Source: a virus
IMG/VR virus record: IMGVR_UViG_3300050821_006485
Coordinates: 37,203 to 101,202 of that record
DNA length: 64,000 bases
Reading direction: 5' to 3' (one strand)
Shown: piece after piece, positions 1-8,355 of the stretch
Layout of the letters: each line of letters opens with the position of its first letter
Numbering within the stretch: position 1 is the first letter of the stretch
The notes under the pieces: generated by a model
Told to the model about the DNA's origin: nothing
The model's database searches: none
The model's input: only the letters and a program-made list of their open reading frames with translations
Made by a program: the position numbers and the translations under genes

Positions 1-295
1 AGACCAATCCGTAAACGGCCAAGTGTTTATTGATGGACAGGGAACACAGTTTGTGAATACTCGCCGGGAAGGTACCGAGGATGGTACTTGGCATTGGCCT
101 GTGCATAAACAAGACCCAACGCTTTATAACCATGTAGAAATTACATCCGGCGCAGGCAATTCCCCGCTTTATGGGGATAATTCAGAGAAGATAGCCACTA
201 CTTTTGAAGTCCTAGCAGACAAATTAAAGGAGACTCAACATGCCAGCAAAAAAGAACAAAACCAAGAAAGTTGCCAGGCAATCGCCCAGAAGTAG
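1..295 (+). CDS. Hypothetical phage protein, 5' end outside window
   Basis: Frame open from position 2 (DQSVNGQVFIDG...EGTEDGTWHWP); stop at 295. Confidence 0.6.
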   Translation, partial: DQSVNGQVFIDGQGTQFVNTRREGTEDGTWHWPVHKQDPTLYNHVEITSGAGNSPLYGDNSEKIATTFEVLADKLKETQHASKKEQNQESCQAIAQK

Positions 296-572
296 CGTAG
301 GTTCAACCCGTACTCCTTGCACCTGCCAGTATAACCATAGAATCTCCAAGGCATTTGATGAGAGTTTCGATAAGCTAATTGGCGTGGAAGGTTTGGAAGA
401 ATACCACACGGCCTTGGTTCACTCCGATAAATTTGACGACATTATGGAAGCCTTGGGAGAAGATGATAACGATCCGTATTTGGTGATAGCAGACGCCGTG
501 CGTATCGGTTTTGACGCAGGAAAAAGAATGAACGAGTGCGATAAGCTCGAAGCGATGGTCGGCTATAAATGA
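240..572 (+). CDS. Hypothetical protein
   Basis: GGAG RBS upstream; stop overlaps next ATG (ATGA). Confidence 0.65.
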   Translation: MPAKKNKTKKVARQSPRSSVGSTRTPCTCQYNHRISKAFDESFDKLIGVEGLEEYHTALVHSDKFDDIMEALGEDDNDPYLVIADAVRIGFDAGKRMNECDKLEAMVGYK

Positions 573-1300
573 AGTTTCCAATTAGTTTCATAAACCATAG
601 TACGGTAGTTTCCGACGCGGAAGCGAAGATTGTAATGGGCCATTTGCAGACCCAGGTAAGCCGGGATTTCGCTCCGATTTGGGGTGTAGACGCCCAGTTG
701 TTTTTTGTTTCTGCTTCGGGAACTCCTAACCCCGCGTATTGGCAACTCGTGCTCCTAGACGACGCAGACGCGGCGAACGCTCTGGGATACCATGAACTAA
801 CTTCAGCGGGATTACCCCTTGGCAAAGTGTTTGTGAAGACCACGGCGCAAGCTAAGGGCAAGTGGTCGGTAACCGCATCTCACGAATTATTGGAGATGCT
901 GATTGATCCCGATATCAACCTCACGGTGTTCGTTCAGGACTCTAATACTTCGGGCCGTATATACGCCTACGAAGTTTGCGATGCGGTTGAAGACGACAGC
1001 TTGGGCTACAATATATATTCGGCTACGGTGTCCGATTTCGTCACCCCAGCATGGTTCGAAGCGCAGGGCTCGTCTTTAAGTCCTAAGTTTGATTTCATGG
1101 GCCACCTCACTAAACCTTTTGCTCTCGCCTTGAACGGCTACATAGGAATCTTCGACGCGACCGCAGGTACCGGCTGGCAGCAGCTTATGGGTATGCAAGG
1201 CAAGGTCGGGAAGTTCGGAGAGAATAGCAAAGGTGGAGAGGAAGCTAGAAACAAGACGCGTACCATTGGTATGCAGGATCGACGCAGGAGTAAGAAATAA
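569..1300 (+). CDS. Putative zinc metallopeptidase-like protein
   Basis: ALGYH and SHELLEML (HExxE) motifs plus YEVCDAVE; coupled to the endolysin gene. Confidence 0.6.
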   Translation: MKFPISFINHSTVVSDAEAKIVMGHLQTQVSRDFAPIWGVDAQLFFVSASGTPNPAYWQLVLLDDADAANALGYHELTSAGLPLGKVFVKTTAQAKGKWSVTASHELLEMLIDPDINLTVFVQDSNTSGRIYAYEVCDAVEDDSLGYNIYSATVSDFVTPAWFEAQGSSLSPKFDFMGHLTKPFALALNGYIGIFDATAGTGWQQLMGMQGKVGKFGENSKGGEEARNKTRTIGMQDRRRSKK

Positions 1301-1746
1301 TGGGGGCTATCACAAACACCCCAGACCAACTAAAAAGAGACGAAGGGCTACGTTTACAAGTTTACATCGACAGTACCGGCCACCGCAGCATTGGCTACGG
1401 CCACAATATCGACGCTTCGCCGCTTCCCTTTGATGTGTCCAACGGTATAACTTTACAGCAGGCCTACAATATCCTTGACAATGATATAAACGTTACAAGG
1501 GCGGCTATTTATGCCGCGTTGCCTTGGGTACGATCTTTGTCCGAACCTAGATTCGGAGTGGTGGTGAACATGGGCTTTAATCTAGGCGTGCCGGGTTTGC
1601 TAAAATTTCACCACACGTTGGCGGCGCTACAAGCCAGAGATTATGCACTAACCGCAGAGGGTATGAGAAATTCTCTGTGGTACCGACAAGTAGGAGACCG
1701 AGCAAGGAGACTCGTGATACAAATGGAGACAGATAGATGGCAGTAA
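1300..1746 (+). CDS. Endolysin, T4-lysozyme-like (GH24)
   Basis: DEGLRLQVYIDSTGHRSIGYGH catalytic region, NMGFNLG, SLWYRQVGDRA. Confidence 0.92.
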   Translation: MGAITNTPDQLKRDEGLRLQVYIDSTGHRSIGYGHNIDASPLPFDVSNGITLQQAYNILDNDINVTRAAIYAALPWVRSLSEPRFGVVVNMGFNLGVPGLLKFHHTLAALQARDYALTAEGMRNSLWYRQVGDRARRLVIQMETDRWQ

Positions 1747-2117
1747 TACTTGTACCACCTGATCCCACAACTGTAAACGCATGGATAACGATCCTTACAC
1801 CGATAGCCATTGCAATATCAACCATAGTAACCTCATTAGGAATTAAATGGGCACAGCAGGCCGCCGAAAGGGCTAATTTGGCAGCTATAAATGCTAAAGC
1901 AGCCGCCGATGCTTCCAGAATAGCTGAAGCAAAATCCTCAGTTAAACTAGATGAAATTCATACGGCAGTAAACTCCGGGTATAGTGAGTCCTTAAACATA
2001 GGAGCAACCGCCCTGGAAAAGGTTGCCGAATTGACAAATAAACCGGAAGACGCCGAGTTGGCTAAGGCAGCCAGGATTGTATCGGATACTCATGCTGCTG
2101 GAGGAAATAAAAAGTGA
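1737..2117 (+). CDS. Putative holin / membrane protein
   Basis: Single N-terminal TM helix, directly after the endolysin. Confidence 0.5.
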   Translation: MAVILVPPDPTTVNAWITILTPIAIAISTIVTSLGIKWAQQAAERANLAAINAKAAADASRIAEAKSSVKLDEIHTAVNSGYSESLNIGATALEKVAELTNKPEDAELAKAARIVSDTHAAGGNKK

Positions 2118-2371
2118 GGAGAAAAGTTTTAGCACTAGTTTTTTGCGTAGCCTTGGCATCGGAAGCCTTGGCAGTTGACAGTAAATCGCTCTTTATAGGC
2201 ATCGGAATAGGCCTAGGTCTTTATACCTACCAAGGCACCCGTACACACGTGTTTCTACCCGCAGCACACGCCGTACAGCGTACGATTAGACCGGTTCCTC
2301 AGGATAAGATTGATAAGGCGAATCGAAAAGCAGCAAAACTTGCAAGGAAACAAAACAAGGAGAAGGATTAA
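2114..2371 (+). CDS. Small membrane protein of the lysis module (possible spanin component)
   Basis: Signal-like N-terminus, second hydrophobic stretch, basic C-terminus. Confidence 0.45.
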   Translation: MRRKVLALVFCVALASEALAVDSKSLFIGIGIGLGLYTYQGTRTHVFLPAAHAVQRTIRPVPQDKIDKANRKAAKLARKQNKEKD

Positions 2372-2967
2372 TGAAGCAGTCACTTTTAGCACTGGTTTTA
2401 TGTTTTACCATGCTGTTTACTAGTTGTAGTCCGACCTGGTTAACTACCGTGGACACTATCTTAGCTGTTGCCGCCCCAGCCCTAGTTAATATTTTGCAGA
2501 TTGTAGCTATTGCTGAAGGACAGCCGGTAAACACCGGGTTGCAGGCAAAGATTAAGGCGGATGTAGACAACCTTGAAAAATTAGCGCATGATTTTTCTGT
2601 TGCTTCTGCCGCTGCTAGTCCCGGAGCGTGTCAGCAATTAAAAGCCGGTATCGAGGTATATAGCCAAGACATTCAGTTGGTCTTAAGTGTGGCCCAGGTA
2701 AACAATCCTAATACACAGGCAAAGATTGCCGTTTTATCGGCGTTAGTTGTAGGTACTGTAGAAGCTATTATAGCTCTTATTCCGCAATGCCAAACTGTGG
2801 CAAGAACGGCAAGAACCTCCGTTCCGTTTAATGCGAAGAAGTTTGTTAGCGATTACAATGCTGCTTTAGTGGTTCCAACTGGAGATGTGGCGGTAGATTC
2901 TTTGACGCCCAAACTTAAACTAAAGGCGCATAGTAAGACTTATCGTTACACCGTAGGGCTGTTCTAA
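2371..2967 (+). CDS. Putative lipoprotein
   Basis: MKQSLLALVLCFTMLFTSC lipobox-like signal. Confidence 0.55.
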   Translation: MKQSLLALVLCFTMLFTSCSPTWLTTVDTILAVAAPALVNILQIVAIAEGQPVNTGLQAKIKADVDNLEKLAHDFSVASAAASPGACQQLKAGIEVYSQDIQLVLSVAQVNNPNTQAKIAVLSALVVGTVEAIIALIPQCQTVARTARTSVPFNAKKFVSDYNAALVVPTGDVAVDSLTPKLKLKAHSKTYRYTVGLF

Positions 2968-2995
2968 ACAAATTAGTGAAAGTAGGAATAAAAAT

Positions 2996-4021
2996 ATGCC
3001 CAAAAAAGTACTTTTTTTGGCAAAATTAGGACCAGGTTATTCTTATTCTGACAATACAACTTACCATGAGCCGAGCGGATTGCTAAATTCTTCTCGGCTT
3101 ATCGTAAGAATGTTAAATAAACATGGGGTAAACGCTAAGTTCGTGCAAGTAGTTGACAGCAATTCCATCGACAAGGAAGTAGCAAGCTTTTCTCCTGACA
3201 TTGTGATAATCGAGGCGCTCTGGGTTGTGCCGGAGAAGTTCACGGAACTTGCCAAGCTTCACCCAAATGTGCAGTGGTTCGTCCGCATCCATAGCGAAGT
3301 GCCCTTCTTATCACAAGAAGGCATAGCGATACAGTGGATAAGGTCCTATATTAGACAACCGAATGTGCACGTTGCGTTTAATAGTTCCAATACGTTGCGA
3401 GATTTCCTGTGGGTGTTTCCTTCTTCCAAGTATTTGTACCTGCCGAATTATTTCCCGGAGTTCGAGCAAGAGGATTCTATCAGTACTGTTAGACCAAGTG
3501 AACGCTATGTGGACATCGGCAGTTTTGGAGCAATCCGCCCACTTAAGAACCAGCTAATCCAAGCGATGGCGGCTATTTCTTACGCAGATTCCGTGAGAAA
3601 GATGTTGGCGTTCCATATAAATGCCACGCGTGTAGAAGGCGGGGAACAGATTCTAAAAAACCTAAGGGCGCTCTTTGCGAACTCCAAGCACAACTTGGTG
3701 GAACACGATTGGTTATCCGTTGAGGGTTTCGAAAACCTGCTGGCCCGTATGGACGTGGCTTCTTGTGTGTCCTTCAGCGAATCGTTTTGTATAGCGGCAG
3801 CCGAGGCGGTGAGCCTAGGCGTTCCGCTGGTTTGTTCGCCGCAAATTAAGTGGGCGTATTCGGCTTCTTATGCGGACCCCACTAATATGGCAGATATCGT
3901 GCAGACGATTACTAGAGTTAAGGACTCCTGGCAGAGCGGTCTTATAAAGAAGTTAAACCGCAGAGGTTTAAAGGAGTACGACAGGAGATCGGTTAAATTT
4001 TGGCTGGAGTTCGTGAAGTAA
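2996..4021 (+). CDS. Glycosyltransferase, GT-B / GT4-like
   Basis: FGAIRPLKNQ and SFSESFCIAAAEAVSLGVP (E-x7-E) motifs. Confidence 0.85.
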   Translation: MPKKVLFLAKLGPGYSYSDNTTYHEPSGLLNSSRLIVRMLNKHGVNAKFVQVVDSNSIDKEVASFSPDIVIIEALWVVPEKFTELAKLHPNVQWFVRIHSEVPFLSQEGIAIQWIRSYIRQPNVHVAFNSSNTLRDFLWVFPSSKYLYLPNYFPEFEQEDSISTVRPSERYVDIGSFGAIRPLKNQLIQAMAAISYADSVRKMLAFHINATRVEGGEQILKNLRALFANSKHNLVEHDWLSVEGFENLLARMDVASCVSFSESFCIAAAEAVSLGVPLVCSPQIKWAYSASYADPTNMADIVQTITRVKDSWQSGLIKKLNRRGLKEYDRRSVKFWLEFVK

Positions 4022-4029
4022 ATTAAACT

Positions 4030-4114
4030 TTGCTTGGGATATCCGAAGTAATACCCGAGCAACCGCCGGGATTGGCTTGCTTGCCACTTCGGAGAGCTAA
4101 GCAAGTCCCCGGCG
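4030..4114 (+). ncRNA. Two-hairpin kissing-loop RNA element upstream of the GroES-like gene
   Basis: Stem TTGCTTGGG/CCCGAGCAA with loop TCCGAAGT (4042-4049); stem CGCCGGG..GCTTGCTT/AAGCAAGT..CCCGGCG with loop ACTTCGGA (4086-4093); the loops are exact reverse complements. Confidence 0.6.
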
Positions 4115-4147
4115 TCAATCTTAGTAAATAACTCAGGAGACTCAGAA

Positions 4148-4882
4148 ATGACATTATCAGGTGGAGACCGGCTTGCGTCCGGCCAAAAGACGGCGCAATT
4201 TGGTGGAGCTGGCAATTTTGTAACCGAATTCGAAAGCGATTTTATCTTCAAATCTCCGGCAGAAGTTTGTAAGAAGTACGGTATTACCGGTCACGAATAC
4301 CAACAGTATGATTCGGAAAGACAGAGGGGCGATAGTTTGCCGGATTTGCAGCCCGTGGGGGCAGAACAGGTAAAACCGAGTTTTACTGTTACGGATAGGC
4401 GCAGTCAATTTCTTCCCAATGCCGGGGTGGTGGAAGCTAAGGTTTCTAAGTATCCAATTAGGGAATATAGACCTTTTTCTGCTATTCTTGACAGGATTTT
4501 GGTGAAGAGAATAGAGACCGACCCAGATTTAGAAGAACTAGAAGACGGCTCTGCACGAAGTAAGAGAACGGGCTTGGTTATAGCGGCCCGTTATAGACAG
4601 CATAACAATAAAGGCATTGTTTTATCGGTTGGAAATTATATTGGTATTGGGGGACAGTGTATACCTCTTTCTAACTTTGTAAGTGCAGGCGATTTAGTAA
4701 CGTTCGGGAGCTATAACACGGAAAAATTTGAGATGAATTTTAAACAAGCCAAAGATTTATGTCATTCCTTAGGTATAGATCATGAAGAGGGGGATGAACC
4801 ATTTCAAATTTTAAGACTACAAGACGTGAGAGGCGTTGAGAAATTTATAGTTCGAGTAAAGTTGGTAACAAATGAAAGCTGA
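4148..4882 (+). CDS. groES: GroES/Cpn10-like co-chaperonin with N-terminal extension
   Basis: AILDRILVKRIE, TGLVI, KGIVLSVG, VSAGDLVTFGSY, ILRLQDVRG; AGGAG RBS. Confidence 0.75.
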   Translation: MTLSGGDRLASGQKTAQFGGAGNFVTEFESDFIFKSPAEVCKKYGITGHEYQQYDSERQRGDSLPDLQPVGAEQVKPSFTVTDRRSQFLPNAGVVEAKVSKYPIREYRPFSAILDRILVKRIETDPDLEELEDGSARSKRTGLVIAARYRQHNNKGIVLSVGNYIGIGGQCIPLSNFVSAGDLVTFGSYNTEKFEMNFKQAKDLCHSLGIDHEEGDEPFQILRLQDVRGVEKFIVRVKLVTNES

Positions 4883-5459
4883 AACTCTCATTGGAAATAG
4901 ATACGGAAGGGTAATTATTCTTGGAAGGGACCCGACTAAGTACAAATCAAACTATGCCATAATAAGGTGCGATTGCGGAAAAAAGAAATCAGTACTAACA
5001 AGAGACTTACTTTTAGGAAAAACTAAAAGTTGTGGATGCTTAAGAGAAGAGATCATAGCAAAAGGAAGAGACAATACCAATAGAAACGCCAATAGCCGCG
5101 CTTACAACACCAATATTAAAACGGAAGTATTGGGACATTATAGTCCTAATGGAATTTTGAAGTGCTCTGACAACGATTGTTGTATAAATGATATCGACAT
5201 GTTGACTTTGGATCATGTTAATAATGACGGGGCTAAAGACCGACAAGAAGGTAGAAAACAAACCGGAGTAGCTTTATACGGAATGTTAAAAAGAGCGGGT
5301 TATCCAGAAGGATTTTCTACTCTTTGCTGCAATCATCAGATGAAAAAGGATTTAAATCTTAGAAGAAACTTGGCATGTAAAAAAGCTATATTTTCTTATA
5401 TCATACCGATGATGCTCATAGGTTCTTATGGAAAGGACCTTCAAACATGCCCAGTTTAG
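4872..5459 (+). CDS. HNH-type homing endonuclease
   Basis: CDCG...SCGC N-domain; LTLDHVNNDG...LCCNH; paralog of 41999-42610. Confidence 0.75.
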   Translation: MKAETLIGNRYGRVIILGRDPTKYKSNYAIIRCDCGKKKSVLTRDLLLGKTKSCGCLREEIIAKGRDNTNRNANSRAYNTNIKTEVLGHYSPNGILKCSDNDCCINDIDMLTLDHVNNDGAKDRQEGRKQTGVALYGMLKRAGYPEGFSTLCCNHQMKKDLNLRRNLACKKAIFSYIIPMMLIGSYGKDLQTCPV

Positions 5460-5710
5460 TAAAGAAGCCACATGATCCCTTTTGGGATGGACCATTAACC
5501 AGAAAAGAAGCCCAAGCGGCTTTTGATAAGTTGGGAAGAAACGATGCGGAACTATCGGCCATGGCGGATACGGCCTCGATTTTGATAAATTATCTCTGTG
5601 AAAAGGCTGGTGTAAAGCGAGAAGACGTAGACGCATACGTAGAAGAGAAGAAAGTTTTGATGGCAGTAGAACGGGAACGTTTGCGGCAGGAAGCAGCGGC
5701 TAATGCTTAG
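5447..5710 (+). CDS. Hypothetical protein
   Basis: AAGGA RBS, overlaps its neighbours. Confidence 0.65.
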   Translation: MPSLVKKPHDPFWDGPLTRKEAQAAFDKLGRNDAELSAMADTASILINYLCEKAGVKREDVDAYVEEKKVLMAVERERLRQEAAANA

Positions 5711-6428
5711 GGAAGATTACGAGTGCTACGTATGTCCCCAGGAATTCCAAGATAGGTTGACGGAGTTGGGCGGTATAAATAGATATGACAAACCTAACTT
5801 CCTTTGCGTGTGGGGCCAAGGTGGCCAAGACGAGTGCTTATATCGCTCGGGGGGTGCTTGGCATGTGCCAGGCGAGCCCTCGTATTACGGCTACCGTGAC
5901 CTTCTGATTGGCGGGGGTGTGCCGGGGTGGTGCTTGCTTCAGTGGCAGGATGCTATTTGCTTTGGTACGCCCGAGAGTTACTACGTGCAAAATCTGGACG
6001 AAGAAACGCAGTTGCAGGACCTAGGCGAGTATCCATACCAAGGAAAATACGTTTTGCTATACTCCATGGTGTGGAGAGACATGAGTTCTGGCAAGATGAA
6101 ACTCGAATCTATGCCACTGAATTCGTTTATTTTGGATACGGTGGTGCCAATCATAATGGAGGCCAAAGAAATTTCTTGGCTTAAGACCAAAGCTGCCCTT
6201 CAAGATATAAAATCTCGTGAGGACAAGCTAGACTGTGACATGATCGAAGATTGTATGCGAGACGCGGCAGTTCCTTTTAAAGGTTCGCCAGTGTCTTATG
6301 CACGCCAAGGTTGTCGCACAAATTTAATTGACAAAAAAGTAGAATCGCTTACAAGAAATTGGAACAAAATGATCCACAACGCCAAATCATTGGGTAGAGG
6401 CTTAACTCAACGGGGCGTTGCACCATAA
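5703..6428 (+). CDS. Hypothetical protein
   Basis: 241-aa ORF, coupled to the upstream gene. Confidence 0.75.
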   Translation: MLREDYECYVCPQEFQDRLTELGGINRYDKPNFLCVWGQGGQDECLYRSGGAWHVPGEPSYYGYRDLLIGGGVPGWCLLQWQDAICFGTPESYYVQNLDEETQLQDLGEYPYQGKYVLLYSMVWRDMSSGKMKLESMPLNSFILDTVVPIIMEAKEISWLKTKAALQDIKSREDKLDCDMIEDCMRDAAVPFKGSPVSYARQGCRTNLIDKKVESLTRNWNKMIHNAKSLGRGLTQRGVAP

Positions 6429-6448
6429 TAGACTTAGGAGAAACAAAA

Positions 6449-7369
6449 ATGGAAGCAACAGTAAGTGCGCCACAGCACAGAGCAGACCTTAGTGCAGGAA
6501 TGTCTAAGGCTAATAATCAGGAATTTAATTTTTTTGGAAACCAGTTCCTTAGTAACAGAGAGCCCGAATACTTTGTGTATTTATACAACGTATCGGAAAC
6601 AAAATTTGAAGTGAACCGCACACCCATTGTTGATAGGCTAATCATTGGTCCAAAAAAGTCTGGAGAGGAGTATACACTTGTCGGAAAATTTCCTCAACCG
6701 CTTTTAATCCCAGTGGGCAATATTGATTCTAACGAAATTGAATTGAAGCCCATGGACGCTCGGCGTTTTGCCATGGATATTTGTAACCCAGATAATTTTG
6801 GGTTAGATCAGAACGCGGTGATTGATCCTAAGCAGGGGACTAGTGCTGGGACTAATAACATTGGCAAGAAGGGCGTGTTCTGGTCTATTAATAACCCGCC
6901 AAAGCCCGAGGAAGTTAAGGCTGCAATTAAACGTATGGAAGCCTTCTATCTAAGCAAATTAGAGGAAGCCCGTACGGTTGAAGTTTCCGCGCCCGCTACT
7001 TTGAAAGACGTGCTTGGCCCCGAACATCATCAGGCCGCCGATTATTACGCAGAATCATTCAGTTGGCACGGAAAACGTTCAAAGCCCGCCGATTGTCCTA
7101 ACTGCGGTTCTCGTATCATAGCAGGAGCAGCGTTCCACAGAACTGATGAAGGTGGGATGTGTATTATTTCTTGGCCAAAGGCCGTTGCTGCCGGTGTGAG
7201 AACTCGTGCACAAGCGTACGAAGCCACGGGAGATGAGCAGTTTGCTCCGAAGGCTCCTCAGCCGCTTGCCCAAGTAGTCTCCCAGACCACCGAGACCGCT
7301 CCCAAGGCGAACGCTAGGCAAGCACAAGCGGGTACCCAGGCGGGTGCCAAGCAAGAGACCCAAGTTTAA
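6449..7369 (+). CDS. Hypothetical protein with CxxC motif
   Basis: AGGAG RBS; CPNCG...H...C; low-complexity C-terminus. Confidence 0.75.
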   Translation: MEATVSAPQHRADLSAGMSKANNQEFNFFGNQFLSNREPEYFVYLYNVSETKFEVNRTPIVDRLIIGPKKSGEEYTLVGKFPQPLLIPVGNIDSNEIELKPMDARRFAMDICNPDNFGLDQNAVIDPKQGTSAGTNNIGKKGVFWSINNPPKPEEVKAAIKRMEAFYLSKLEEARTVEVSAPATLKDVLGPEHHQAADYYAESFSWHGKRSKPADCPNCGSRIIAGAAFHRTDEGGMCIISWPKAVAAGVRTRAQAYEATGDEQFAPKAPQPLAQVVSQTTETAPKANARQAQAGTQAGAKQETQV

Positions 7370-7378
7370 CCACAACCT

Positions 7379-7450
7379 TGGCATCCAAAAGGTCCGCCGA
7401 ATAGGTGCGTCCTGAGTCCGTGCTGAAAAGCAGTGGCTTTGAGGGTGCCA
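7379..7450 (+). ncRNA. Candidate structured RNA (multi-stem junction)
   Basis: Closing stem TGGCATCC/GGGTGCCA, AAAG/CTTT, inner hairpins CGCC-GAATA-GGTG and TGCT-GAAA-AGCA. Confidence 0.45.
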
Positions 7451-7469
7451 TGTTTCACCAGTAGTTGCA

Positions 7470-7505
7470 AGGCCCGCTCAGGGAACACCTGGGCGGGTCT
7501 TTTTT
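7470..7505 (+). terminator. Rho-independent terminator
   Basis: AGGCCCGCTCAGG-GAACA-CCTGGGCGGGTCT followed by a T run. Confidence 0.8.
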
Positions 7506-7524
7506 AATTTCTAAGGAGGTTTCA

Positions 7525-8352
7525 TTGAGTAGCCCAACAATTGCATTAGGACCGTACCCGTCCCTTGCTACCATAATGGACCTTACGCGCAGTCTCGTGA
7601 ATGATGCCCAGGCAGGTGCTACGGGTACACCAGGCGAAGGCCAGATTTTAACAAATAATCCAGTTATCTCCCCGTTTACACAACCTTTTTTGAATTCAGC
7701 AATTCGCCAATTGTACAGGGAGTTAAGAAACATTGGCCAGGCGACCTTGATAAAAGATAATGTTGTTATTTTAAATATTCCCCCTTTAACTAGTCCTACT
7801 TATGGGCTCGGAATGGCGGACGCCGCTGTACAAACGTTTTTAGGCTTTGGCGGTTATTTCGACGGCTTTCAAATGAATTCCAACATTGTTCTTCCTAGTG
7901 ATGTTTTATTCGTAGAAAAGGTTTGGGAACGGCAGAGCAACACACCTAATGATTTTATACCAATGATTCAGCCGCAGTCTGGCCTACGTTCCCGACGACA
8001 AACTCCGGCACTCTACGAGTGGGAATGGAGAAATGATTCTGTATGGATGGTGGGCAGTACGCAAACGCGTGACTTGAGGTTGCGCTACATGGCTTCTCTC
8101 CCGCAATTTTTTAGTCCCACATTAGACCTCACGGCTACGTATGTTCCAGTTATGGACAGTGAAGATGTTTTGGCCTACAAAACTGCGGTTCTCTATGCGA
8201 GAATGTTAGGATCACCCGGTTTGCCTGATTTAATCGCAGAAGCTAAGGAGCAAACATTTCAGTTGAAGAATCAAAATACCCGTAGGGGTCAATCGGTCGA
8301 TTATCATAGAATCCCCCACGGTTCTCATCAAGACTACCACGGAAGGTACTAA
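7525..8352 (+). CDS. Putative head-tail adaptor / head completion protein
   Basis: TTG start at 7525 after AAGGAGG; helical N-terminus (FLNSAIRQLYREL), LRLRY beta core, helical C-terminus. Confidence 0.55.
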   Translation: MSSPTIALGPYPSLATIMDLTRSLVNDAQAGATGTPGEGQILTNNPVISPFTQPFLNSAIRQLYRELRNIGQATLIKDNVVILNIPPLTSPTYGLGMADAAVQTFLGFGGYFDGFQMNSNIVLPSDVLFVEKVWERQSNTPNDFIPMIQPQSGLRSRRQTPALYEWEWRNDSVWMVGSTQTRDLRLRYMASLPQFFSPTLDLTATYVPVMDSEDVLAYKTAVLYARMLGSPGLPDLIAEAKEQTFQLKNQNTRRGQSVDYHRIPHGSHQDYHGRY

Positions 8353-8355
8353 GTA

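Noticed and set aside
4021-4147. CIRCE heat-shock operator before the groES-like gene
   Set aside because: No TTAGCACTC-N9-GAGTGCTAA sequence
7379-7450. Bona fide twister or hammerhead ribozyme
   Set aside because: Lacks the conserved UAA/AAGC (twister) and CUGANGA (hammerhead) cores; kept only as an unassigned structured RNA
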